Shown: positions 26,124-39,680 of the stretch, one piece after another
Numbering within the stretch: the first letter of the stretch is position 1
How the letters are laid out: the number at the start of each line of letters is the position of its first letter
From: Octopus vulgaris
Taxonomy: Eukaryota
Length of the DNA stretch: 64,000 nucleotides
Assembly (NCBI GenBank): GCA_951406725.2
Contig: OX597817.1
Span: forward strand, 37,262,001 to 37,326,000
Direction: 5' to 3'
The notes under the pieces: model-generated
The model's input: only the letters and a program-made list of their open reading frames with translations
Told to the model about the DNA's origin: nothing
Database searches by the model: none
Made by a program: the position numbers and the translations under genes

Positions 26124-26920
26124 TTCATGTATGTATATATATGCATGTATGTATGTGTGTGTACGTGTGTGAGAATGTTGTATGCATATTTGTGAATATA
26201 AGAGATGCAGTTTCGCCTCGTATTCATGTATATATTTGCATATATGCAGATATATTTTCGTTAATGTTAATATATAAATATTTGTGAATGTATATAAATA
26301 TATAAATTTATGCTTGCTATATGAAGGTGCCTTACTGAATTCACCGTTATACATGTGAGTATGTGTAGTAATTTATGTGCACATGTACAGATTTCGTCGT
26401 GTATGTGAGTGTATTCGTGTAACACATGTATTAACATATACATGTGTCCAAATGTATTTATGCATATGTGTGCATGTATTGCCTGTGTTTATGTTATAGA
26501 AGTGTGTGTATATGTGTACAAGCGTTGTGTAAGAAGCAGTTATTCCAAGTTAATGTGCTTGTGTTGATATAATTATATTCGCAGCTCTAGATGAAATTTG
26601 CTATTAGAATTTTCATATCAATATAAGTTTAGTCCTTATCTTTTTCTTCAGCACATTATGGCTTTCTCTATTGTATGCATCATCATCATCACTATTATTG
26701 TTATTATTTCATTCCAAAGTTTGTATTAAAAAATATCGGTTATTGTGTGCGCGCGCGCGTATGTGTTTCATGTTAACTGATATGCCTTCACAAAAGGTCT
26801 TACCTAAAAAGTAAAAATTTCCAAGAAAATGAGGTTTTCCAGAGCGGGTAGATTGCTGACATTCCTTATAATGTCTATTTGGACTTGCAACCTTTCAAGA
26901 TCGTATCTTTTATCTATGAC

Positions 26921-27025
26921 CTATTACTTGTTTCAGTCATTAGACTCAGGCCATACTGGGGCACTGCCTTGAAGAATTCTTAATCGAATGTATCTACCCT
27001 AGGATTTATTTTTAAAGGTTGTTAC
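26921..27025 (-). mobile_element. SINE family C 3' tail fragment
   Basis: TTACTTGTTTCAGTCATTAGACTCAGGCCATACTGGGGCACTGCCTT. Confidence 0.7.
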
Positions 27026-27060
27026 TTATTTTATCACACACACACACACACACACACGTG

Positions 27061-27135
<75 letters not shown>

Positions 27136-27173
27136 CAAAGACAGAAGATGGAATGTACGGGAATTTATTATTA

Positions 27174-27279
27174 ATCACGACAATTGTTTCGGCACATCTA
27201 GCATCGATTCCTCTTGGATGGGACACTCAACAACTAGTTCAGGGGCATCCGGTGGTGCAGATGTACCTCGTAGGGTGAT
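27174..27279 (-). ncRNA. Type I hammerhead motif with extended helix II and a mutated core
   Basis: Minus strand: ATCAC-CCTACGA-GGTACATCT...AGATGTGCC-GAAA-CAATTG-TC-GTGAT. Helix I is 5 bp, helix II 9 bp, helix III palindromic, site GTC. The core differs from CTGACGA at 2 positions. Confidence 0.55.
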
Positions 27280-27632
27280 AAATAAATAAATAAAAACAAC
27301 TCGTTAAAATGACTGTCCCACAAGGTCACTTTCCGTTTTGTAAAGAGAGAAACAGACAGAAGGAGGAAACATCTTCTTATATATAGAAGATCAAAAATAA
27401 AATTGCAGATGACAAAAAGAGAAACGAACACGTAATCCAGCGAGAAAAGTATTGAAAATAACCGTTGACAGATATGGATGTATAAACGCCCTCGGGCAAG
27501 CTGCATGGCACGAGTACACACGCTCATACAAGCATCAGCAAAAATGTGAGCATACGCACACGCGAGGATTGGTGCACTCATGATCACAAAGCGAGTTGGT
27601 TATTTACTTGGTGCTTATAATAATAATAATAA

Positions 27633-27663
<31 letters not shown>

Positions 27664-27671
27664 AAGAAGAA

Positions 27672-27965
27672 GAAATAGAGGCAACTCGAATGTGGAATCT
27701 AAAAACAGAAACAATTCCTATCATACTAGGCGCATTAGGTATGATAAAAAATATTCAAACAAATACACAACAAAAACACCAGGACTTACCAAATATATAT
27801 AACATACAGAAAATTGCACTACTGGGCACTGCACACATCCTACGCAAAACACTTTCAATACAGTAACCATCAGAGCATCACAACAAATCACAGCACATAC
27901 CCAAGGCACGCGCTCGGTAGTGAAAGCACGCTATAAAAATAAAACTACTGAATAATAATAATAAT
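27672..27965 (+). pseudogene. R4/Dong LINE 3' end (RLE domain C-terminus plus UTR)
   Basis: EIEATRMWNLKTETIPII.GALGMIKK...IYNIQKIALLGTAHILRKTLSIQ*, with frameshifts. It ends in (AAT)n. Confidence 0.8.
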
Positions 27966-28048
27966 ATCTACGTGACATAGAGGTAAAATATACAATGTCC
28001 AATATACCCATCATGATTACACGGCTAATAACAGTACACTAGGCACAT

Positions 28049-28445
28049 ATACGACGAGTTTCCTTCAGTTTCCCCGTACCAGATCCACTCACAAGGCTTT
28101 AGTTGTCCCAGAGCTATAGTAGAAGAGCATAAAAGATTAAGGACGTCTGAGTTCGAATACAAGAGAATGTTTTTCATTCCTTTATTTGTTTCAGTCATTT
28201 GACTGCAGCCAAGCTGGAGCACCGCCTTGAAGGGTTTTTGTCGAACAGTTCGACGTTAGGACCTTTTTTTCAAAGCCTACTACTTATTCTATCGGTCTCT
28301 CTGTCGACCTGTTTAGTTACGGGGACATAAACACACCAACACTGGTTGTCAAGCGGTGGTGGTGGTACAAGCAGAAACAGAAAGACACACACACACACAC
28401 TGGACCCGGGACCGTGTGTTTGGGGAGCAAGCTTCTCCCCACACC
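28049..28445 (-). mobile_element. SINE family C fragments
   Basis: A middle segment at 28049-28130, and a tail-to-head copy with an internal deletion at 28175-28445. Confidence 0.75.
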
Positions 28446-28639
28446 ATGTTTTTCTTTATTTGAAGGATGAGGAATTCAGTCTAAGAGTTCAATTATAATT
28501 GGTGCAACTTTCAAAATTCCTTCTGAACATCCTCACATCTCTATCATGGTGTAAAATATGGACTACCGTAAATATTTGCTTGTCAGTGTTTTATTATTAT
28601 TATTAATATCTATTATTATTATTATTATTATTATTATTT

Positions 28640-28672
<33 letters not shown>

Positions 28673-28799
28673 TTCGTTGCGTCGTTGTTGCTGTTTTTCG
28701 TTGTAGTTGCCAATATCGTTCCTCATTTTCATTAATGTTCTGTATGCTGTTGTGGATCAGATGTTCATCCGTTTTCCAAAGAGTAGTTGGATAAATAGA

Positions 28800-29930
28800 A
28801 AGCCGTGTGTGTTTTATCGACTGTGGCGGCACACATAGCAGCGTGCGCTTCGTCTTCTTACCTGAGGACCAAGCCAAAGGACAAGCAGATCTTGTGCACG
28901 TACACCTATCCCCAAAATGGTGCTGCAATACATGAGAGAATGGAATACGAGGATTGCGGCCACAATTATTGATACTGATGTTGTCTCTTGCCTTCTCGTC
29001 ATACTTGCAGTAGAACATGGAGAGGTGGTGAGCACGAGTGTGCCTAGCATCATCATGTGGTCAGATGGTTCCTATATGAGTGTCCTAGTCTTGTCGCACA
29101 CCGAAAATCACAAGGTCTTCTCGTCTCTGTACCCACGTCTGGGAGAGAAATGGAAATAGTCAAACGTCAACCTGATGGTGCATAGCAGCAGTGAGTTGAA
29201 GGTATTTTTCTAGATTCAGAAAAATATACATTACATATAGGTGATGATGAACAGCAGCGAAGACATTCGACAAAAGCAGCCAGTCTTTCCTGTAGACGAA
29301 AACTATGGCTGATGTCATTGCTGGTTGTTTCTTAGTAACTGTCATTGCTGGTTGTTTCTTGAGAACCTGGGGGAAGAGAGATTTATTTCCCCAGTACAAA
29401 GGTATCCAATGTCTCCGAGCAATAGTTTCATGCCATCGTCTCGCCACTGCAGCGATCGGAAGAGGGCTAAAACACGGAAATGACAATCAGGGGACAGTAA
29501 GAGAAGAAACGAATGTGCACAAAAGTCAAATAGTAAGCTGGAAGTCCCTCATAAATTGAATTCCCCCTGAGTACATTGCATGACGTTAAGAAATTATTAG
29601 CAAGTTTCTGTGTTTTTAAAAGGGCCTAGCGGACTTGCAGTAGAATGAAATAAGATACAAGGACGCATCGGATGAACGAAATACAGAAAATGGACGAATA
29701 CCACAATCAACAAAATTACAGAAAACCATATTAGTGTTCTTTATAGAATTCCTCGGAGATAACTTTGTGTCTAACCTAGTAGCCTATACAGCATTATTCA
29801 GATGCTCTCTAGAGGATGTGGGCTATTTCGAATTTTGGTCAAAAATACACAAAGCTCAGAGGAAGGTGATCGAAGCCGTAGACTGCTTTGACCTTAAATC
29901 CATCATGGGCAAATGGCGACACGCATAATT
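28800..29930 (+). pseudogene. Possible decayed LINE ORF1 (gag-like) region
   Basis: Complex, higher-GC stretch with broken frames (MVLQYMREWNTRIAAT...; MWSDGSYMSVLV). Family not identified. Confidence 0.25.
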
Positions 29931-30239
29931 AAAAGTTACTATGAGTCTTTTAGTAGTGAAGCCTGTTTGACGTTGAGCCATGTTTCGTGCGCTTCGCTTC
30001 TCGAAAACAGTTGCCTATTCTTGCCCTAAACAGATGGTGTCTTCCGGCCACTTAGTAACTGTAGTTTCCCTTAAAAGTTTTAGTAAATTTGTAATTTTCT
30101 TCTGTGTAGTGTCTACTGCTTTAACTTTAATTTACTCTGTTCGTTGTATGTGTGCCAACCCACATATAATATAATAACTTGGTGTGATACGTTTTGCATC
30201 ATATTTAGGTACTGTGGGAAATAAAAGAAATAACATTAC

Positions 30240-30305
<66 letters not shown>

Positions 30306-30512
30306 TTTTCCTATTATGAGTATTATTATTATTACTTTCTTATCTCTTACATGTATATCTGTTTTGTCTCTCAGTGTTCAATGCGGAAAACTTTTGTATA
30401 ATATCACATCTCTATGCAACAAAGGAAAATATATCTATATGCTAAAACCGAGTCTGTCGATATGCAAAATAAGATAACACTGTGTATATCTTTTTCTATA
30501 TGTACATACATT

Positions 30513-30547
<35 letters not shown>

Positions 30548-30586
30548 GTGTGTGTACGCACACGCGCCCACATAGATATAAATATA

Positions 30587-30632
<46 letters not shown>

Positions 30633-30771
30633 CACATACATACGTATATGCATACTTACATACGCATGCTCGTCTGTGTGTATGTCTGTGTGTGAAGGAT
30701 AAATATTTATTGTATCCCACTTTGATTAAATAACATCTAATATTCTGTCTCTCTGTCTCTCTCTCTCACTC

Positions 30772-30807
<36 letters not shown>

Positions 30808-32829
30808 ACTATTTGTGTGTTTTTTGTGTGCGTGTGCGTGTATAAAATTATCCGCAATTGCTTGTGAAGTCTGAATTCGTCGGCAACGGTGATTTTCAGA
30901 ATTTGTGGCATTGCTGCATTACCCAGAATATTTTGCTGGTTTGGAACATTCTAATTGAAATATGAATGCACAGTAGTTTGTGACTGACTGAATCGGTGGA
31001 ACAACCAACAAAATGTACAGTTATTTTTTCATTAGTTGCCCCTTTGTAATTTTCTCTCTATTCTTATTGATTCAAAACTCACTAGTAAAATTTACATTTC
31101 ATTTAAATAACAAAATGAAATTTGAATTAATTTTTTAATAAAAGTATTGCACCCTTCTTTATATTTAAATCATTATATCTGTGGTATATTCGACACACCA
31201 GTGTTATAGCTCGAAATAGCTTAGGTATTTCAACACATATACGCAGATTTGGTATTTTAAGCTTATATATTTTCGATTCACCTGCACAATCATGCAATTA
31301 TTTTCGTCGTTCCCACACAAGCACCACCACACGTGCACATACACATACAGGTGCGCCCACACACACACACACACACACACACACAGGCATACACATACTG
31401 GCACACATATAGATACATAGACGCATATACATAATCACACACACCTATACAAACAAGGTTTGATCAGCTACGTCCGACGATTTCAAGCTACAAACCCATT
31501 TCATTGCATTTGTAGTTTCTGCACAAACCCATATCATTGTATTTATAGTTTCTGCTCACACACACACACACATACACACACACACACACACACATGCGCT
31601 CGTGTGCATGCATACACACAAACACATGCACAGAGAAACATATACAGACGTACACAGCACTCATATACACACATCTAAAAGCCCACAGTCAGCCTCAAAC
31701 ACGTGGAGACATACACAGACAAAGACACTAACCTTTGTGTTGACATTACAAATAATTAATTTGTTAATTGCTTTTTCCCTTTAGCAACACTTAATTTATA
31801 TATTATTTACCTGCATCTCCTTACATTCTCTTATTTATATATCTTAAATGCCATCTAACCCTCTTAATTGAAATATATTTCTCCTCAGATGAAGTGTCTC
31901 TCCTCAAACGTCATATTTCTCATGAGCGGCCTGATACAAACTTATATAATCACAAAGTTCACTGTATAATATTTGTCTAGGTTGATCACTCCAAATTAAT
32001 TTGAATTCTTTTTTTCTTCATATTACATCGCCTGATTAATGCAGAATCAGGCGGGGAAAGCGTGGTTTCAATTTTGAACTAAGCGATACACGATAGATGA
32101 GAATACTCAGACCAGAGAAAGTATAAATTCGAAGTCAGTATGATGCAAACCACAAAACTCTTAATATAAAGATTCCTGTATTAGTTATCTTAAACCAAAG
32201 TGCAAACTCCCCATTGGGATATTTATGCAAACACACATCTGATATGGAGGTTGTTTTGAATCTTAGCCAATGTGTAGTACGTGTTTTACCTATATCCCAT
32301 ACACTCATTAAATCCCGGGATTTTCTCCCTATCATGTATATAAACAAGTAAATTATTTTTCTGTTTAATAAATCGTTTTACAACAAAATAGAAAGAAATG
32401 ACAGGATTTGTTATGATCGACTCTGCACATCTATATTTATGATGTGAAAAAATATGATATTGCTTTTATACTTGAGTAAATTTTGAAGTATTAAAGAAAT
32501 ATCTTGTACATATTTCAATGTACACATGCGCATGCGCAAACTGGAGAGGTACCGCTCAAGTGGATCTTATGGATTTGATTATGAATAAGTAATTTTACCA
32601 TATACAATTCAATCGTTGGAAAACAAATGAAAATTCCAATGTATATGAAATGATATATTCAAATGGAATGATAAAAACATTAGGTTTCTTTCGAGTTATC
32701 TACAAAGAGACAGGATTCGAGCTGTTTGAAACAAGCTAACGATACATCTGCTAACCGTTCTAAGAACACTCAGGCTTCTTAGAGCGGTCAATTTGCATAA
32801 AATTTCATCGTAGAATTGAGTGAAATATC

Positions 32830-33227
32830 CTTTTCTACTATAGGCACAAGGCCCGAAATTTTGGTGGGAGGGGCCAGTAGATTAGATCGACCCCAGTACG
32901 CAACTGCTACTTAATTTATCGACCCCGAAAGGAAGAAAAGTAAAGTCGACCGCGTGGAATTTGAACTCAGAACATTACGGCAGACGAAATACCTATTTCT
33001 TTACTACCCACAAGGGGCTAAACACAGAGAGGACAAACAAGGACAGACAAACGGATTAAGTCGATTATATCGACCCCAATCCGTAACTGGTACTTATTTA
33101 ATCGACCCTGAAAGGATGAAAGGCTAAGTCGACCTCGGCAGAATTTGAACTGAGAACGTAGCAGCAGACGAAATACAGCTATGCATTTCGTCCGGCGTGC
33201 TAACGATTCTGCCAGCTCGCCGCCTTA
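32830..33227 (-). mobile_element. SINE family A composite dimer with a 16 bp TSD
   Basis: TSD AATTGAGTGAAATATC at 32814-32829 and 33228-33243. A full monomer (~32994-33227) is joined to a headless monomer with a different tail (AATTTCGGGCCTTGTGCCTATAGTAGAAAAG). Confidence 0.9.
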
Positions 33228-34049
33228 AATTGAGTGAAATATCTTTATGAACATAGTACAGCATTGGCAGATCACGAGAATTGTCGGTTTTTCAGCCAGT
33301 AGCCTGGTATGTTATTGACGTGTCTCGGATTTAACTTGATGACCCACCTTCGATTAGTAATTACTTCTTTTAATAGCGAATTCGTTATGCTCTGTCTGCT
33401 ATTACTTTCTACGCTGTTCAGGTGCCATTTTTGAGTATAATATTGCTTTAACATCATCTGTCTTCATTAACTTGTAACTGTTATTTTCAGATAAATGTAA
33501 CTCATTAAATCCTGGTTGCTGGCATTTCTTTCCATGATAGCATTAACTTTATAGACTGATTATTATTTATTTTGATGATAAAAAGACTTTAGTTCAAATA
33601 AATAAAGAAAATAGCTATTGAAGGTGAAAGTACGAAATAGTATTAGACATATAAATGTTTATAAACTTAAAATTTCTGAATCATGAAATTTAAGTGACAG
33701 CTCATATGGAAACAGCGAAGGCTTTGATCTTCTATTCTTTCATGAATTTTACAGCAAAAATGTAGTGAAATTCATACAATCTAACCCTCTTAGAAGTCCA
33801 GCGTTGATGCATGGAGATCTATCTTTCTGTTGATGACCCAGGAAAAGCCATTTCAACTTAACATCAATTACATACTAAATGTGTATCAGCTGTCGCTGTG
33901 TGGGTATGTGAGGAGGAGAATGAGTGCGTGAGGGAGAGAAGTGGAAGATTGAGCAAGTGGATGGATGAGTGCGTGTATTGAGAGAGTGAAAGCGAGAAAA
34001 AAAGTTAAATACAACTAAAACAGTCATGTTACGACTGACTACCTACAAA

Positions 34050-34578
<529 letters not shown>

Positions 34579-35114
34579 AGCAACCTGGAGCATTGGAAGA
34601 TTTGTTAGTGAGTTGAATGAGAAGTTCCTTGTGGTATTTGTTCCGTTCTTTCCAACGTTCTCTATTTTGATTTCAAATTCCACCGAGTCCAATATATTTC
34701 ATACTTTCAAGACGACTGAATGGTCTCGAGATTATTTGTTTCATACACTTCAGGACCACACCAGTCCAGCATTTGTAACCCAAACTCACTCTCTTGCTCT
34801 TTATCTTTCTCTCTCTTTCTAGCTTATGCACATTGCATTACGCTAATTCTATCCGAGAATTGCATTAAGGTACATGTACCAATGCATCAATGCATAGTCA
34901 GCCATTAAGACGCTAATTCCACAAAGCAGAAACGGTTGGTCAAACACATGAGTGTTCACCTTTCAAATCGATAGGGAATGCACTCTCTAACTATTATATG
35001 CAGAGTTGTCTGAGCAAAGTGCATATATGTGAGTCTGTGCATGCATGTGAATATGTGATCTGTATGAACAAAAATTTAATGACTCAATACAATACAGGGT
35101 GTGCAATATACTGG

Positions 35115-35672
35115 TTTTAAGTTATGGCACAAGGCCAGCAATTTGAGGAGGAGATAACTCGACTACATCGACCCTAGTTTTCAACTGGTACTGATTTTGT
35201 CAACCTCGAAAGGATGAAAGGCAATGTCGACCTCGGCGGAATTTGAACTCCGAACAAAAGGAGAGACGAAATATATATTTCTTTACTACCCACGAGGTGC
35301 TAAACACAGAGAAGCAAATAAGGACAGACAAGCGGATTAAGCGGATTAAAGGCAAAATCGACCTCGGCGGAATTTGAACTGAGAACGTAGCGGCAGACGA
35401 AATACCACTAAGCATTTCGCCTGGCGTGCTAACGTTTCTTATTTCTTTATTGCCCACAAGGGGCTAAACATAGAAGGGACAAATAAGGACAGACAAAGGG
35501 ATTAAGTCGATTAGATCGACCCAGTGGGTAACTGGTACTTAATTTACCGACCCCGAAATGATGAAATGCAAAGTCGACCTTGGCGGAATTTGAACTCAGA
35601 ACGTAACGGCAGACGAAATACCGCTAAGCATTTTTCCCGGCGTGCCAACATTTTTGCCAGCTCACCGCCTTA
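35115..35672 (-). mobile_element. SINE family A trimer
   Basis: Three successive CGACCTYGGCGGAATTTGAACT modules (~35230, ~35359, ~35576), with tails at ~35275 and ~35440. The head ends CCAGCTCACCGCCTT. Confidence 0.85.
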
Positions 35673-35794
35673 ACATACAGGTTTATTGCGATATAAACGT
35701 AATTAATACATTTATATAAGCCTCAGCACGTACATGCATAAGAATATGCAATGGCCGTCTGTATGGTTTCTTGGAATAACCAAGTAACGGAATA

Positions 35795-35932
35795 ACGTTT
35801 CATCACAAGGCATTAGTGAATCCAAGGCTACAATGGAGACACTTGCCCAAGGTATCACATAGAGAAACTGAGTGACCGACCCAGAAACTACGTGATTAGG
35901 AAAAAGAATTTATCAACAAGACAGCTCTGCCT
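35795..35932 (-). mobile_element. Degenerate SINE family C 5' part
   Basis: CACAAGGCATT...GGCTACA...AGACACTTGCCCAAGGTATCAC. Confidence 0.6.
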
Positions 35933-36619
35933 GTTTAATATATATCGGGAGAGAGAAAGAGAGAGATGAATACAAACATACATACATAAATATATACACT
36001 TGCGCAACTCGTACAGACAGATAGACAGACTAACAGACAGACAGACAAACAGATAGATGTTATGTACAGCTCACTGGTACTTTGCTCACTGTGACTATGA
36101 GTTTCAACACCATCCGCATGCACATTCTTTTATATGTAAGTAAAGATGTAGAATAAAATATTAAGCTTTTGTACAGCTTTACTTATATAAACGTACTCTA
36201 GTGGAAAATTCTTATTGACAGTTTGTGTCTTCTGTTTCGTTCCATAGCTTGACAGTGTTTACTCGCTGACGTAAAGATAAACCTTTGAAGTTAAAGGAAA
36301 TGATATGTGCATAGCAAAGTATACCGTTTCAATAATGTTTTCTCCAAAGACTATATCTTAGTGATGACTATGATGACATTACACCATCTCAAGGAATCAA
36401 ACATTCCAGAGAAAATACGGTTTCAAAATGAAATAATCCTTTTTATATTCTTCTAAAAGTTCCAACAATTTCATAGTTTTCAAAATAGCCATGGAATTTC
36501 CACACGTACAGGTATTAGAATACACTATAACATGGAAAGGCAAAGGAGTTGATTTTATTTAGATTTATATTTTAATTCAGTAATAATAATAATAATTATT
36601 ATTATTATTATTGTTGTTG

Positions 36620-36938
36620 GTGAGACCCCCTTCGGTCATGACCGACCATGAAATTGCACCTAGAAAGTGACCCTCCCAGGCAAAAGTCCGGGCAAGGTTG
36701 TTTATAGAAGACCAGCAGTCGCCCATGCATACCGGCCACCCGTGTTATCGAAGGGAAAGGCAACAGCAGATACAGCTTGGCACCTGTGACGTCGCAACTC
36801 ATTTCTACAGCTGAGTGAACTGGAGCAACGTGAAATAAAGTGTCTTGCTCAAGAACACAACACTCAGCTCGGTCCGGGATTCGAACCCTCAACCTCACGA
36901 TCGTAAGCTCGACGCTTTAACCACTGAGCCATGCGCCT

Positions 36939-36939
<1 letters not shown>
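36620..36939 (-). mobile_element. tRNA-derived CORE-like SINE with a third tail type
   Basis: Head GGCGCATGGCTCAGTGGTTAAAGCG...GGTTCGAATCCC. Body TTCTTGAGCAAGACACTTTATTTCACGTTGCTCCAG matches the copy at 5868. The tail is distinct and ends in (CAA)n. Confidence 0.85.
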
Positions 36940-36988
<49 letters not shown>

Positions 36989-36989
36989 G

Positions 36990-37290
36990 TAGAGGTCGCA
37001 CAACATACAATATCGTGAGGTTGTTGATTGAAGATATTGTGTCTACCAGGGGTTTGTACTGTTTGTTAAATCACAAGGACTTCAGACAGTCGGTACTGTA
37101 CGCAATATGCGTGCAGTTCCAAGTAATGCCCGACTTTTGCAATACATCTAGATTGTAGGGTATTTTTAAGATTTTCAGATGTTTTTTCAGATTGGGTAGT
37201 ATTGAGCCCAATGCTCCGATGACAATAGGGATAACCTTTATGTTCGATCCTCGTAGCTGCCACATCCTAGCGATCTCAATTCTCAGTATT
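36990..37290 (-). pseudogene. R4/Dong LINE 3' end
   Basis: LRIEIARMWQLRGSNIKVIPIVIGALGSI.PNLKKHLK.LKIPYNLDVLQKS...HILRTVLS; it ends at (TAA)n, 36941-36988. Confidence 0.8.
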
Positions 37291-37327
37291 TCTCAACTTT
37301 TTTCTCTTTTGTCGGCATTCTTGTTTG

Positions 37328-37700
37328 TACCCCCAGTAAAGAGCGGAGGAACTTAAAAGAGTCAATGGCCATTTAGAAAATGGGTAGACAGAATTCTTGA
37401 GCCTTGGTTGGCAGTCTGTCTAGGAGAAGGAATACTCTGATTTAAAATCCGGTGGAGATAAGACCATATTGTCACAGTGGTCAAGCCCGACTCTTACGCG
37501 AAACCAACAAGAAAAGTTTGGGAAAAGGCGAGGAGAAGGAACACTCCAAGCCCAAAACCAGGGGAGTAAAGGACCCTGCCGCCTTTGTGGACTACCTTGA
37601 TAGAGATGGTGTCTCGATAAAAATACCTAAAAGCACACCTCATTTGTGAGTGAAAATGCCAAGAAAAATAAATGACGATAACGGTGTGAACGGGACTAGA
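37328..37700 (+). mobile_element. Probable RTE-clade LINE 5' UTR fragment
   Basis: GGCAGTCTGTCTAGGAGAAGGAATACTCTGATT resembles a motif I recall from RTE 5' UTRs (not verified). Confidence 0.4.
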
Positions 37701-38721
37701 AAGAATGGTGAATTAGAAACAACTGTATATATGTATAGATGCTGCACTGAATTCATTTTACGCTTGAGCTACAAGAGATGAGAGAAATATGTAGCGGCAA
37801 GGGGTGTAATTCTAATACTCTTAAACCCTTTAGTCCAACGTTCTACTGCTATAACTCCTGCCATTGGCTTCACCCTCTAATTTTAGATTTATTTCCATAA
37901 CCTTAATGTCACGGCAACCTTCAAAATTATCACAGAAAAATTTAATCCAAAATTAATTCAAATCGAAATCTGAAATAATAGAGACAAAAATAAAAGATTT
38001 TGATAAATTGATCGATAATAAAATACATAAATAAACAAATTATAAATTAACGATGGATAAAAAGAAAGAAATAAACACGATTTATGAGCGATAGAAATAA
38101 CTATAAAGAAAACATCTTCAATGAGTAAGTTTTGTTCTAACAAAGATTCGATTTGTTTGGAAGTTATTTTTTTGCTTTCGTGTTTGTATCTTTTCATTTG
38201 TTATTACAAAATTTTTGGGGTGATTTTTTAAAATTTATTTTATTTATATCCTTTTTTTGTTTGATGGTTAATTTTATGTATTTTGTTACTTTAGATATTT
38301 ATTTGTGGATTTGATATTTATACGTATTTTCTTTCGTTTGTTTTGTTTTATTTTCTTTTTTGTTTGGCCTTTGTTTCCACATTACAAATCAAAGACATAG
38401 AGATAAATCCTGAAATTCATAAAATCCTATCTGAATTGTAGTGACAATCGAAACTTGGAGATGTAAAATACAATCAAATATAAAGATATCCAAGCAAAGA
38501 AACAAATATATAATCCGAATTAATAGTAGAAAAAAATTGTGTGGTCTGTTCTCTGTGTGTAAAAGGAAATACCGAAAAAAAGAAAGAAAGAAAGAAAGAG
38601 CGACCTGACACGATAGATAGATATGTTTCACTCCACTTTACCCTAACTTGTTTAAATTGTGTTCTTATCAATGGTTTGAGTAGTAATGATACATGGCAAC
38701 AGCAGAAGCAGCAACAGACGT

Positions 38722-38754
<33 letters not shown>

Positions 38755-38888
38755 TAGTAGTAGTGGTGGTAGTAGTAGTGGTGGTAGTGATAGTAGTGGT
38801 GGTGGTGGTGGTAGTAATAGTGGTAGTAGTAGTTTTGGTAGTGGTAGTGGTAGTAGTAGTGGTAGTAGCAGTAGCAGCAGCAGTAGTA
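38722..38888. repeat. (TAG/TGG)n microsatellite
   Basis: Read directly from the sequence. Confidence 0.97.
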
Positions 38889-39219
38889 GGAAATTCATAC
38901 ACATGAGCTATTGAAAGGGCATTGCTACTCCCAGGTAGCTGCTGTTATGATTTGCAACCGAAACAAAGAATTACCTCGGAATTTCCTCGCAAATACGTTA
39001 TCGACTATATAGCATCAGTTACCTCGAGAAGCAACAAGTAACTGAGGTAATTGTTCGCCTCTTCACCTACTTTGCAACTAAAGACTTTCAGCCCCGCAAT
39101 AACGAGTACAATAGATTTTTCTAAATAAATTGACCGGTACTGGAGATAGAAATGAATCGCTCACTACACGTTTTACAGAGAAATATTGTATGTATATCTT
39201 AGAAAGGTAGTTAAAATAC

Positions 39220-39680
39220 TACTTACTTGTACTTGTGACGGCGTTCACCCAGGGCGGGTTGAGCCGGCTTCTTCTCTGGTCCCAACGGCATCACGAACCA
39301 TGGCGTTCCACGCTCAACGGTCCTGTGCGAGGTCACTGGAGATAGCGAGCCATTCGCGGTTCCATCTGGGCAGACCGACCACCTGCGGACCTGAGAGTTC
39401 GGAGAGGTCCTCCTGTATCGTCGTTGCCCAGGTCTTCAGCTGCCCGCCCGTGCGTTTGCGCCAGCTGGGAAGTCAGATGAGAGGAGGACATCGCGAATCA
39501 GCGGGACACTGGGCCGCATGACTGAACCACCTTAAGCGCCGTTGTAGAAGCACCGAAGGAAGGGGCCGGAGATTCAGGCGATGACGAAGACCGACTGTAG
39601 GAACCCAATCAATGCGTCGGCAACGAAGAATGCGGCGGATACAGTCATTGTCGAACACCTCCAGCCTTCGCTGATCCATC
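39220..39680 (-). pseudogene. 5'-truncated RTE-clade LINE with a 12 bp TSD
   Basis: RRLEVFDNDCIRRIL...QRRLRWFSHAA...GGQLKTW...DLAQDR.AW is the RTE ORF C-terminus. Short-repeat tail CAAGTACAAGTAAGTA. TSD TAGTTAAAATAC at 39208-39219 and 39681-39692. Confidence 0.9.

Noticed and set aside
26797-26820. Minus-strand TTTTTAG|GTAAGA as a second recursive splice site
   Set aside because: The tract is shorter and A-interrupted, on the opposite strand to the stronger candidate, and expected by chance in AT-rich DNA.
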